A stretch of 36,520 nt of DNA from a virus, in IMG/VR virus record IMGVR_UViG_3300040809_000504, positions 1 through 36,520 of that record; one strand, written 5' to 3'. The notes under the pieces were generated by a model. That model ran no database searches and was not told where the DNA came from. It was given only the letters and a program-made list of their open reading frames with translations. Shown here piece by piece: positions 22,168-31,049 of the stretch. A program made the translations under genes and the position numbers. Position 1 is the first letter of the stretch. Every line of letters begins with the position of its first letter.

Positions 22168-24479
22168 CAACAAGAACGCATTTTACAGTTATCGAGTTAG
22201 AGCTACCAAAATCAAACAGCGGGTATGGTACACCGCTGTCAGGCGATGACACTCAGCAGGGCTTTAATGTTTACCGATTCACAGATTACAGCGGGATAAT
22301 ATCAGAGCGCCCATTCGAACTGTTGAGCGGTCAAAAATCAGTTAATGGGATTAAAAAATGTGTAACAAAAATATCTGAAAACACAACAACGCTACAACCA
22401 CAGGCAGGTTTACCAATTCGCGCAAATGGTAGTATTTCATTTGCAACAACCCAAGGCGACCCAAACCCATTTGCACCAGAAGTTGATGCAACTGTTAAAG
22501 ATAATGGCGATTACTTCTCAAAATTAGACGCTCGAAATATTATCGTAAATACAAAGCTTAAAATATATGACTGCTCTATTGAGGGCGGCGTCACTTTTAC
22601 GCGAGAGTATTTGACTAACGGCCTTTCAACTGATGGCAAAGGCAAGTGGACGTTAAAATTTAAAGATCAGCTTTCAACCGTTGATATTGGCGAGACAATG
22701 TTCCCGCCAGAAGATTTTGGATTTTTGCGATTTAGCATTGACGACACAACAACGACATTGCAAGTTGACTCTGGCACTAATTACGCTGTTGACGATGTTA
22801 TTAGAATTGGTGAGGAGCTAATGAAGATAACAGCGGTTAGCGGTATTGGCACAGGCAGTGCTGAAATAACCGTTCAAACGCGCGGCAACGATATTGCATT
22901 TACTAACACGCTATCAAAAACAATTAAAGATAGCCACAGCGCAGGCGATGAGATTTTTGTTTGTTATGTTTCTGATAATGAGCATATAGCCGACTTGCTT
23001 AGCTCAATAGTTACAAACTCAGGAATACCATCATCATACATAAACATTACTGAGTGGAAGTCAGAGTTAGACGATTGGCTTGCTGGTGTTCGAGTTAATA
23101 CGATATTTTACGAGTCACTAGACAGCAACGAAGCGTTATTAAAAGTTCTCGACCCATATATGATCAGCATGTGGTTAGATCCGCAAGAAAACAAAGTCAA
23201 AATATTAACTGTTAACGTTTGGAAAGAATCAGATGTGTCAATTTCAGAGGGTAGCGAAATTGATTACAGAAGCATTAAAAAAAGCAACGATGAAAAGCTT
23301 CGAGTTACACGGTCACTTGTTACTTATGACAAGCTATTTTTGGCAAGCACAGAATCACTAGAGAATTACAAAAAGGCTAGTTTATTTGTTAAACCTGAGT
23401 TAGAAGGTGTAACAGGATTTAATCAACAAAAAATAAAAAATCACGGCCTTAATTATGTAATTGACAAAGGCGCGGCTGACTTATTTGTGAACAGGTATAC
23501 AAACCGTTTTGCTAATCCAAAAAAATACTCGTGGACAACTCAGGAAGTTAAATTAAATTTTAGCGTTGGTGATGTTGTTACAATAAACAGTGAAAATGAT
23601 GTTGGATTTGACGGTTTGCCGTCACTTTCTAGAGCGCAAATAACATCAATACAGCCGAAGTACACTAACTTTGGTCGTGAATACATGGTTCAAGCATTAA
23701 CTTATGAGCCAAATTTACAAAGCGGTTCTGAAATCGTTATCACTGGTGATGTTGCAAATATAAACTTATTCACGCAATACGCTGGCGCACCAGCAGGGCC
23801 AGTAACAATTACGTTTATTTTTGACGGCGTTAGATCGTCAAGCAATAGCACAACAAACCCATCAGTAAGGGCTGGCAACTTTGCAAGCGGCTCAGTTATT
23901 AATATAATTATGATTAACGGCACTGAGTTAATGTCAAAAGGTGGTGACGGTGGTAACGCAAATCAACTTGATTTTGATCCTGAGATTGGTCGCTGGCTGC
24001 AAGTTTTAAAAGCGTCTAACGGTGGCAACGGCGGTACTGTTTACGAAGCCGACGGGGTTACAACAAATATTTATTTTAGTGGTTCAACACCAAGCGCCAC
24101 TTATCCAAATGCAGATGGTTACATAATTGCGCCTAGCGGTGGTGATGGTGGCAATGAGTTTGTTATAATTGATGAAAACGACCCAGCAGGCATTGATTAT
24201 AGCGGTAAAAATGGCGATGGTGGTGACGGTGGTGACGGTTTTAGCCCTGGCAAAGGCGGTGAAAGAGGTGAGGCTTACTCAAATACAAACGCATTCTTTG
24301 GGCAAAAAGGGAAAAACGGAACATCTGACAGGTTAAGCGGCAGTTTCGGACAATACGGTGCTGACGGAAATGAGTCTACAGATGGAGGATTGCCAGGCAA
24401 GGCAATATCAAAAAGTGGTGCGTCTGTTATTTTGTTTGGCGCTAATTCAGCGCGATATATTAAGGGTATAGGTGACTAA
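22164..24479 (+). CDS. Tail tip / host-specificity protein with a glycine-rich C-terminal domain.
   Basis: 771 aa. The C-terminal 200 aa are rich in GGDGGN / NGGNGG / GDGGDGGDG motifs. Confidence 0.6.
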   Translation: MTTRTHFTVIELELPKSNSGYGTPLSGDDTQQGFNVYRFTDYSGIISERPFELLSGQKSVNGIKKCVTKISENTTTLQPQAGLPIRANGSISFATTQGDPNPFAPEVDATVKDNGDYFSKLDARNIIVNTKLKIYDCSIEGGVTFTREYLTNGLSTDGKGKWTLKFKDQLSTVDIGETMFPPEDFGFLRFSIDDTTTTLQVDSGTNYAVDDVIRIGEELMKITAVSGIGTGSAEITVQTRGNDIAFTNTLSKTIKDSHSAGDEIFVCYVSDNEHIADLLSSIVTNSGIPSSYINITEWKSELDDWLAGVRVNTIFYESLDSNEALLKVLDPYMISMWLDPQENKVKILTVNVWKESDVSISEGSEIDYRSIKKSNDEKLRVTRSLVTYDKLFLASTESLENYKKASLFVKPELEGVTGFNQQKIKNHGLNYVIDKGAADLFVNRYTNRFANPKKYSWTTQEVKLNFSVGDVVTINSENDVGFDGLPSLSRAQITSIQPKYTNFGREYMVQALTYEPNLQSGSEIVITGDVANINLFTQYAGAPAGPVTITFIFDGVRSSSNSTTNPSVRAGNFASGSVINIIMINGTELMSKGGDGGNANQLDFDPEIGRWLQVLKASNGGNGGTVYEADGVTTNIYFSGSTPSATYPNADGYIIAPSGGDGGNEFVIIDENDPAGIDYSGKNGDGGDGGDGFSPGKGGERGEAYSNTNAFFGQKGKNGTSDRLSGSFGQYGADGNESTDGGLPGKAISKSGASVILFGANSARYIKGIGD

Positions 24480-24839
24480 ATGTGTGTAGTTTCTCAAAAT
24501 TTGTGCTTAATAGCTGGCACTGATTTTTATTTTGATTTGCAGCTATTAAAATCAGACGAAACGCCGCAAGATATGACAGGCGCAACGGCTAGTATGCAGC
24601 TTTTAGTTGCTGACGACTCGCTGACGCAGACGATAGACTTTCAAGGCGGAATAATTGACGCTGCAAATGGGCAAATGCAATTCTTTTTAGATAATACTGA
24701 AACTCAAAGTTTGCTACCGATTATGACAGGGAACATTATTACATCATTTGTTTCTGATGTTTTAGTTGATTGGCCTGATGGCACTAAAGAAGTCATATTA
24801 AGAGCTAAAACAGAAGTAGAGCAGGGGCGCACGCGATGA
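24480..24839 (+). CDS. Small tail or fibre-associated protein.
   Basis: 119 aa with a TAAATG junction. The call is by position only. Confidence 0.4.
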   Translation: MCVVSQNLCLIAGTDFYFDLQLLKSDETPQDMTGATASMQLLVADDSLTQTIDFQGGIIDAANGQMQFFLDNTETQSLLPIMTGNIITSFVSDVLVDWPDGTKEVILRAKTEVEQGRTR

Positions 24840-26485
24840 GAAAAGTTGCAATATACCAAGGTGTGCGTGGCGAAAAAGGGCCGCCAGGATTAGATGGCGT
24901 TGATGTTGGCGATGTTAGGGTTGACTTAATAAATTACCCTGCCGTTGATGTATTTAAGCCGAACAGAATTACCGCAAATGTTGGCTATAACTGGTCAAGA
25001 ACATCATACGGAACAATAGTAAATCGCTATGGTGAGGTTGAATCATTTGGCAGTGACACCATTGACAACATATTAAATTACTCTCAAGATTTTAACCAGT
25101 GGGAAGACGTAGCTAACGCTTGGACTATCCTATCAAACACAGCAAGCGACCCTTTGGGTGGAACAAACGCAAGAACAATGCGCCTTGATGCCGATAACGG
25201 TCAATCAATGATTGGCTTGAGCTATGGCGTTTTATCAAGCGGTTCTTTTACCGCATCATTTTGGATTAGAGAAAGAGTCGGATCAGTAACAGAAATATCA
25301 ATTCAAAAAGATGGCAACCAACCTGTTCAGGTTATACCAGAAGAAGTTACCAGCACTTGGAAGCGTGTAAGCACTAATTTTGCCGAAGATTCTAGCGGTG
25401 TTTTCTATATAAACGTGCGCGGCAATGTTGGAATTGAATTTGATATTTTTGGCGCTCAAATTAATAGCGGCGCGGCTTTAACTGATTATTTGCCGACATT
25501 TGGCACGCCAGCATCACAACCAAATACAGAGCAAATATATAGAGCCAATCAAAACGGTTATTTGATAGAGTCAACAAAGCAAAATGTCTCGCTTAACTCA
25601 GAAGACTTGAGCGCGTCAACGTGGTCACTCGCTGGCGGTGCTTTGTCTCAATATTCTGGAAAAGATGTTTTTGGTAAAGTAGATCAAAACATCAAAATAA
25701 CATTTCAATCATCTACAATCACGCTTACAAATGACCTTGGTGTTATTGCTGGCCAAAGCTACACCTTGTCAGCTTTTGTAAAGGTAGAGTCTGGCACTGT
25801 TGACTCACTAATATTAAGTGTTGGCGGTGGCGCAACAGAGTCAATTGAAATTACTGATGATTTTTCACTGGGATTTGTTAGAGTGTCAGCTCAAATTGTT
25901 GCTGGTGCAAATCAAAATATCACAATATCAGCCGCGAGCGGTGAAAATGCAGAGTTATTAATAACTGGCGTACAACTTGAAATTGATTTACTTTCAAGTT
26001 ATATACAAACAAATGAAGCGGCAACAACTCGCGATGATGATGTTGTAAGCATTGATGTTGATGGAAAGTTATTAAGCCCGTCTGACCCGTTTACTATTTT
26101 GTTTGATAAATTCGAAACGCAAGAATATATAGGCGACAGGTTTATTTTTCATAATAATTTAACTGGCAATGATGAGTTTTACGTTAAGTTTAATGGTGAT
26201 TTGATGACCATTAAAAACGGATCAACGGAATACACACTAACATCAACAAATGATAAATTTGAGTTAGTCAGCGACGGGCAAGTTTTAACTGTTTATAGTA
26301 ACGCTCAACAGCTTGATCAGTTTAATATAACATTTTCATCATCACAGACCGCAAGTTCATGGAATATAGGGTGCGATAACACCGGTTCAAATCAAATCGA
26401 ATCATTTTTATCATTATTCAGAGTTTACAACACAAATTTAACTATAGACGAATTACGATTTATAAGGGGTTCAGATAGTGAGTGA
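24836..26485 (+). CDS. Tail fibre with a short collagen-like N-terminus and a LamG-like C-terminus.
   Basis: GVRGEKGPPGLDG lies near the N-terminus. The C-terminal LFRVYNTNLTIDELRFI matches the usual LamG_3 ending (R.YNRALS..EI). Confidence 0.65.
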   Translation: MRKVAIYQGVRGEKGPPGLDGVDVGDVRVDLINYPAVDVFKPNRITANVGYNWSRTSYGTIVNRYGEVESFGSDTIDNILNYSQDFNQWEDVANAWTILSNTASDPLGGTNARTMRLDADNGQSMIGLSYGVLSSGSFTASFWIRERVGSVTEISIQKDGNQPVQVIPEEVTSTWKRVSTNFAEDSSGVFYINVRGNVGIEFDIFGAQINSGAALTDYLPTFGTPASQPNTEQIYRANQNGYLIESTKQNVSLNSEDLSASTWSLAGGALSQYSGKDVFGKVDQNIKITFQSSTITLTNDLGVIAGQSYTLSAFVKVESGTVDSLILSVGGGATESIEITDDFSLGFVRVSAQIVAGANQNITISAASGENAELLITGVQLEIDLLSSYIQTNEAATTRDDDVVSIDVDGKLLSPSDPFTILFDKFETQEYIGDRFIFHNNLTGNDEFYVKFNGDLMTIKNGSTEYTLTSTNDKFELVSDGQVLTVYSNAQQLDQFNITFSSSQTASSWNIGCDNTGSNQIESFLSLFRVYNTNLTIDELRFIRGSDSE

Positions 26486-27788
26486 TCCAATTGAAATATT
26501 AAGTGCTTCTGACAATCCTGTAGAAGTAATTTTAAAACGAGAAGCAGCGCAAGGGCCGCAGGGAGATCCTGGTCAAAACGGCTTCGGTTTTAACAGCGTA
26601 AGAAAGGAAATTGTAGATAATCCAATACTCTCAATTTTACGCAAAAACAAGTTGACTGAAACGATAGCGCCAAACAATCAAGACTCTGACCTATCAACAT
26701 TAAGGGCCACAACAAAGCTATTTACAAATAGGTATGGCTTACTTGAAACTGCGGCTATAAACGAGTTGCCAGAAGGTATTAACGGATATCCAATTGAGCG
26801 CGCAGCAACAAACTTTATTTTGCAATCCGAGTCTTTCTTGACTTCGCCTTGGCTTCAATCAATATACAACGGTGGCGCCTTGAATTATTGGTCAGCAACA
26901 GCTAACTCTACTGATATAACGGATATTTATGGTACAAATTTAGCAACAAAAATGGTGGTAAGCGTTGCGAACTCATTATTTGCAAGGCAGGCAGGTTTAA
27001 ACATTTCAGCCGGAAATGTTGCTGCGAGTATTTATGTTTACATTCCAGATCAAGCTGGGGTATCAAGCGTTTGGGTTGGCTCTATTTTTGACGGTGTTGA
27101 ATCGCAAACAACAGAAATCACAAAATTTAATGAGTGGGTTAGAGTTGAAAATGTTACTGATTTGGCTGCGTTACGTGATGAGATTGATTATTTTATAAGG
27201 CCAAACAACATGCCTCCTACTGCTGGTTTTGAGTTTTACGCAATGGCGTGTCAATGCGAAAGAAACGGGCCGACAAGTTACATAAAAACAACATCATCAA
27301 CAGATTCTAGGGCTGCAGATGATGTAACAGCGCCAGCATTAAACAATATGATGAATTTAGTTAAACCTTGGTCTTTGGTTTTAAGATTTGATCAAAGTTT
27401 GCAGCAGCAAAGCGATGTTGTAAACATAATATGCTTTGATGAGTTAAGCACTCAATTTGCTTCAACATGTTTAGTAAAAGAGCCAAGTGGTCAATATTTG
27501 TTTAGATATTCTGACGGAACAAATACCGATGATGTTAGGTTTAACCTTACTGAAACATTTATAACATTATGTATTGTTTTTGATGGATCAAATATTAGGG
27601 TTTATCAAGATGCCGCGCTAATACAAACATACAATTCAGTAACAGCAAAGCCGATAGCAAAAACGGATTCTAAAATATTTATAGGGCGAGCGTTTGGGAA
27701 TCTTAGTTTTAATTATTCTAGTACATATAGTGACATAGCCATTTACGATACAAATTTAAATAACTTTGAAATTTCTTATCTGTCATAA
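26478..27788 (+). CDS. Second tail fibre paralogue (collagen-like N-terminus, LamG-like C-terminus).
   Basis: GPQGDPGQNG lies near the N-terminus. The C-terminus reads YSDIAIYDTNLNNFEISYL. Confidence 0.65.
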   Translation: MSDPIEILSASDNPVEVILKREAAQGPQGDPGQNGFGFNSVRKEIVDNPILSILRKNKLTETIAPNNQDSDLSTLRATTKLFTNRYGLLETAAINELPEGINGYPIERAATNFILQSESFLTSPWLQSIYNGGALNYWSATANSTDITDIYGTNLATKMVVSVANSLFARQAGLNISAGNVAASIYVYIPDQAGVSSVWVGSIFDGVESQTTEITKFNEWVRVENVTDLAALRDEIDYFIRPNNMPPTAGFEFYAMACQCERNGPTSYIKTTSSTDSRAADDVTAPALNNMMNLVKPWSLVLRFDQSLQQQSDVVNIICFDELSTQFASTCLVKEPSGQYLFRYSDGTNTDDVRFNLTETFITLCIVFDGSNIRVYQDAALIQTYNSVTAKPIAKTDSKIFIGRAFGNLSFNYSSTYSDIAIYDTNLNNFEISYLS

Positions 27789-27812
27789 AAAAGGGGCGCA
27801 AGCCCCATTTTT
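27787..27812. terminator. Bidirectional rho-independent terminator.
   Basis: A6-GGGGC-GCAA-GCCCC-ATTTTT lies between convergent genes. Confidence 0.8.
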
Positions 27813-28803
27813 ATTTAACTATGTTAACAGTTCGCCCGTTTGGGCTAGAGTTTTGAGAGTCAACAATAAGTTTTACCTTTGAATAAAACGTAACATTTAA
27901 ATGTTTTGTTACAGCAACAGAATCACCACACATGACAATCAAATCAGCGCCACTTAAATTTTTAACGCCAATCGAGTTAACTGAAAACTCTTGCGTATTG
28001 CACAGCGTTAATTGTGTCGAGTTGTAATTTGAATAATAAACTTTTGCCGTAACAGTTGCGTTACTTTGAGTTGTATTTTGCAACTTGTAAAAGCTGTACC
28101 AATCAGAGTTTGAACTTGCATAACCGTAACTGACATTATAAGAATAATATGGTGATTCAACATTAAAAAGATATTCGCTCTTTACTGGCAAAGCTAATCC
28201 GTCTGACTTTGCGTTTTTTATAGTTACTTTATAGCTGTCACGCGCATCTTGATTTAAATTATCGAAAACTAACGGGCTATTAATAACAGTGCCAGCCGAA
28301 AAGCTTTCTCGATCACTAATGTCAAATGATACATGATAAAAACCGTTGTCGTAATGATCTGCGTCACTTGATAGCGTAACAGAGCCATCAGAAGCCACCA
28401 GCCCGATTGAGCTGATTAATTTATAACGCAACACCATTTCATTATAATAGTTAATTACAGAGCCTTGTACGCTGTATAAGCCGTAATTAACATCACCATT
28501 AACACGCAATAAATTTGTTTTTAAGCTTAAATTCATACCAGATGGAATTGCTACATCATTTGGCACTTTAAACTTTAAAACATCGCCATCAACACCAACA
28601 AAATCACAATAATCTAGATTGAATGATGACGCGCTTAAATCAGAACCAGTTATCTTAATCAATAAATCGCTATTTGGTTGAATATCTTTTGGCGCAACAA
28701 TAGTAAAACTTGCGTTTTTAACTTTCGAATCACCAAACTTTTCTACCGTTTCAACATTCGCCATTGTCATAAATGACGATAATAATAAAATTAAATATTT
28801 CAT
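27811..28803 (-). CDS. Secreted (Sec signal peptide) beta-rich protein of unknown function.
   Basis: 330 aa. The N-terminal MKYLILLLSSFMTMA|NVE resembles a cleavable signal peptide. The protein is rich in Ser/Asn/Tyr/Val. It is the last gene of the leftward operon. Confidence 0.65.
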   Translation of the reverse strand: MKYLILLLSSFMTMANVETVEKFGDSKVKNASFTIVAPKDIQPNSDLLIKITGSDLSASSFNLDYCDFVGVDGDVLKFKVPNDVAIPSGMNLSLKTNLLRVNGDVNYGLYSVQGSVINYYNEMVLRYKLISSIGLVASDGSVTLSSDADHYDNGFYHVSFDISDRESFSAGTVINSPLVFDNLNQDARDSYKVTIKNAKSDGLALPVKSEYLFNVESPYYSYNVSYGYASSNSDWYSFYKLQNTTQSNATVTAKVYYSNYNSTQLTLCNTQEFSVNSIGVKNLSGADLIVMCGDSVAVTKHLNVTFYSKVKLIVDSQNSSPNGRTVNIVK

Positions 28804-28811
28804 AATTTACC

Positions 28812-29285
28812 TTATTTAATAATTAAAGATTCTTTACCTTTCACAATTCTAGCGCCGTCAATTGGCGCATCCTTGGCAGCTTTAAGTAAAGATTTTTTGT
28901 CGATTTTAGTTACAACTTCAACGCTGCAAAATTCGTCAGGTATCATTTCCTCGTCTACTATTTCAATTTTATCAACAGGTTTTCTAATTGAAATATTAAA
29001 TAGTGGGCATGATATTTTTGTTATTTCGCGCTGATTCATGTTGTGCAAAACGTAATCCCGAAATGAATCGCGCTTATTTTCAAGCGTTTTAATTTTTGAT
29101 TCAATTTCTTTTTTCATTAACTTTAGTTGATCAATGTCAGAATCAATATTTTTAGTGTATTTAACAAGCTCTAAAGCTTTTTCGTTAAAAGCTAACTCCA
29201 TTGATTCTAAATTGTCGTTTATAAGCTCGCTATCATCGCTATCAAGCAACTTTTCAATGTCTGAGTTAATATCATGCAGTTTCAT
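28812..29285 (-). CDS. Siphovirus Gp157-family protein.
   Basis: 157 aa, with an acidic coiled-coil N-terminus and a C-terminal ...IDGARIVKGKESLIIK. It is adjacent to the annealase gene, which is typical for this family. Confidence 0.6.
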   Translation of the reverse strand: MKLHDINSDIEKLLDSDDSELINDNLESMELAFNEKALELVKYTKNIDSDIDQLKLMKKEIESKIKTLENKRDSFRDYVLHNMNQREITKISCPLFNISIRKPVDKIEIVDEEMIPDEFCSVEVVTKIDKKSLLKAAKDAPIDGARIVKGKESLIIK

Positions 29286-29940
29286 TATTTAACTCCGCTA
29301 AGCGCTTCTGATAAAGGTTATCAAACTTTTTGGCGGTTTCATTGTCACCTAATCTCGCAAGCTTGCGAACTATCTTTGTGTGGTGATTTTTGATACCTGT
29401 AACTGAGTTTATAAGCGAGTACTCATCGCGAGACTTTTCAAGCCATTCAATGTGCTCTTGACGCTGCTTAAGTTCAAGTTCATCTTTATTATCTGCTTTT
29501 TCCATGGCTTGCTCATTAAGTACATCTTGAACATATAAGTCATCGTCAAATAGGCCCATATAAACGTCAGCAGCAAAACCAAGTTTAGATAGCGCTTTTG
29601 ATACCGTGTTGGTTTCAACTTTCTTTGCAAACTCAGTGTCGAAAAAGCCTTTTTTACTCATCGCCTCAACGCTGTTTGTAATTGGAAATTCATGGCGCTC
29701 ACCATTAAGCACGTAAAAGAAAACAGCTTTATGTATTACATGCTTTGTTTCTGTAAACATGCCGAAATCCATATCAGAAACAGATAAGCCAAAACCGGCA
29801 CCGTATGGCCCAAACTGCTCAGTTGCCAATTGCAGCAAATACTGCGCATCAACATTAATAAACCCACCGCGCATATTAACCTTTTTCACATAGTCAACAT
29901 CTGGTGTTTTGTACTTATCCCAAATATTTAAGTTACTCAT
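29272..29940 (-). CDS. Single-strand annealing protein, Rad52/Sak-like.
   Basis: 222 aa. TNTVSKALSKLGFAADVYMG resembles the Rad52/Sak A.TDA.KR....LG.g..lY motif. Its context beside gp157 supports the call. Confidence 0.5.
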   Translation of the reverse strand: MSNLNIWDKYKTPDVDYVKKVNMRGGFINVDAQYLLQLATEQFGPYGAGFGLSVSDMDFGMFTETKHVIHKAVFFYVLNGERHEFPITNSVEAMSKKGFFDTEFAKKVETNTVSKALSKLGFAADVYMGLFDDDLYVQDVLNEQAMEKADNKDELELKQRQEHIEWLEKSRDEYSLINSVTGIKNHHTKIVRKLARLGDNETAKKFDNLYQKRLAELNNETA

Positions 29941-30014
29941 ATTTCACCTTTACAAAATTATTATGTATACTTGCAACGTAAACTTATTTAAGTGTTTACA
30001 TCACCTTTATTTTT

Positions 30015-30039
30015 AGCAGCTTAATTGCTGCTTTTTTTT
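30015..30039 (+). terminator. Intrinsic-terminator-like hairpin that is functional only in the plus-strand orientation.
   Basis: AGCAGC-TTAATT-GCTGCT followed by T8. It overlaps the stop codon of the minus-strand gene 30021..30221. Confidence 0.5.
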
Positions 30040-30221
30040 ACGCATTTTAATTCAAGACCCAAACCATCAAACATTTGCACAACGTTTTCAAGCTTACCTT
30101 TACCCTCACGCAAAAAGCGACAAACATTTTGATATTTAACACCAGAACGCTTCGCCAACTCTAACGCATCAGCGCAGTCATTTTCTATCATTGCAATTTT
30201 AAGCATTTTATCTAAACGCAT
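30021..30221 (-). CDS. Small Cro/CI-type HTH regulator, first gene of the leftward operon.
   Basis: 66 aa. The HTH is ELAKRSGVKYQNVCRFLREGKG. It lies divergent from the rightward early promoter. Confidence 0.65.
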   Translation of the reverse strand: MRLDKMLKIAMIENDCADALELAKRSGVKYQNVCRFLREGKGKLENVVQMFDGLGLELKCVKKSSN

Positions 30222-30253
30222 TTTAAAACCTCTTTTTTATATTCGATTTGCTA

Positions 30254-30281
30254 ACTATAGCATTTATATATCTACATTCAA
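30254..30281 (-). promoter_or_regulatory. Leftward early promoter: TTGAAT, 16-nt spacer, TATAGT.
   Basis: On the minus strand, -35 is at 30281-30276 and -10 is at 30259-30254. The SD AAGAGG precedes the ATG at 30221. Confidence 0.55.
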
Positions 30282-30309
30282 GTATTATTTTAATATTTTT
30301 AAATCAAAC

Positions 30310-30338
30310 TTGACTTTATTTAATGCGCCTTTTATATT
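30310..30338 (+). promoter_or_regulatory. Rightward early promoter: TTGACT, 17-nt spacer, TATATT.
   Basis: -35 at 30310-30315 and -10 at 30333-30338. Confidence 0.6.
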
Positions 30339-30372
30339 TACCACTCCAAACAACAAAATAAAGGTGATTGAA

Positions 30373-30690
30373 ATGAATGAATTTGAAAGATTAGAAACAG
30401 AGCAGTTAAACAAAGAAAAGGCGCGTGTTTATTCTTTTGAACTTGCTGGTTTAATTGTTAATGACAACAAAACCATCAAAATACAAAATGGCTTTGATGT
30501 TAAGTATTTTACATTTGCTGATGCGGTTGATATGGCATTCCAGGATGATGAAACAGCATATCTAGCTATTTTCTACAAGGCTCAAGAAGGCATTGATGTT
30601 GGTAAGGATCTGCTTAGTGAAGCTCGCGAAAAAATGGCAGATTGGATCGCCCAATACTTAAAGCAGGATTCAGAGGTTGTCGAACTTTGA
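30373..30690 (+). CDS. Hypothetical acidic protein, first rightward early gene.
   Basis: 105 aa from MNEFERLETEQ with SD AAAGGTGATTGAA. The track start at 30310 is a TTG inside the -35 box. Confidence 0.55.
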   Translation: MNEFERLETEQLNKEKARVYSFELAGLIVNDNKTIKIQNGFDVKYFTFADAVDMAFQDDETAYLAIFYKAQEGIDVGKDLLSEAREKMADWIAQYLKQDSEVVEL

Positions 30691-30824
30691 TTGAAATTAT
30701 TTCACGTATATTTTACGTTTTGTGCGTCATATTAGGCGCACTATACTTCTTAGTTAATGGTGAATACATTGCTTTTGCATGTGTTTTAATTTTAATGATT
30801 ATTGTGATTTTTACAGGTGATTAA
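30687..30824 (+). CDS. 45-aa two-TM membrane peptide.
   Basis: Its TTG start overlaps the upstream stop (TTGA). The sequence is IEIISRIFYVLCVILGALYFLVNGEYIAFACVLILMIIVIF. Confidence 0.35.
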   Translation: MIEIISRIFYVLCVILGALYFLVNGEYIAFACVLILMIIVIFTGD

Positions 30825-30825
30825 C

Positions 30826-30945
30826 ATGGATTTTTTAAAAATAATTTTATTGTTTCTTTTGGGTGTTTTTGTTTGTATTTGGTGGTTGCAGCGACAGGTC
30901 GAAAGATTCGACAATTCAGAAAATGACGAGGATTTGTGGTGGTAG
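30826..30945 (+). CDS. 39-aa single-TM peptide.
   Basis: MDFLKIILLFLLGVFVCIWWLQRQVERFDNSENDEDLWW. It is below the track cutoff. Confidence 0.35.
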   Translation: MDFLKIILLFLLGVFVCIWWLQRQVERFDNSENDEDLWW

Positions 30946-30966
30946 CACGAATTTCAATTTTAAAAT

Positions 30967-30990
30967 AAAGCGCTAATTGCGGCGCTTTTT
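30967..30990 (+). terminator. Rho-independent terminator.
   Basis: AAAGCGC-(8 nt)-GCGCTTT followed by TTTTT. Confidence 0.65.
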
Positions 30991-30992
30991 AT

Positions 30993-31020
30993 TTGCAATA
31001 AAATAATACATATATATAAT
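30993..31020 (+). promoter_or_regulatory. Sigma70-like promoter: TTGCAA, 16-nt spacer, TATAAT.
   Basis: -35 at 30993-30998 and -10 at 31015-31020. Confidence 0.6.
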
Positions 31021-31049
31021 TAAATATATTAAACAGAAGGAAAATTAAA

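Noticed and set aside
24836-27788. A diversity-generating retroelement acting on the LamG fibre genes.
   Set aside because: There is no reverse transcriptase ORF and no template-repeat/variable-repeat pair with A-specific mismatches in the window.
29941-30014. A promoter for a plus-strand antisense RNA, or an internal minus-strand promoter using TTGCAA at 29971-29976. Also the AAAGGTGATGTAA start-stop mini-ORF on the minus strand.
   Set aside because: No acceptable -10 hexamer lies at 16-18 nt spacing on either strand. The ATG abuts the SD with no spacing. Only the hairpin itself is reported.
30310-30372. TTG start at 30310 for the first rightward gene, and the similar in-SD GTG starts at 5254, 15533 and 15915.
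   Set aside because: These alternative start codons fall inside the -35 box or inside the SD sequence itself. The downstream ATGs have proper SD spacing.
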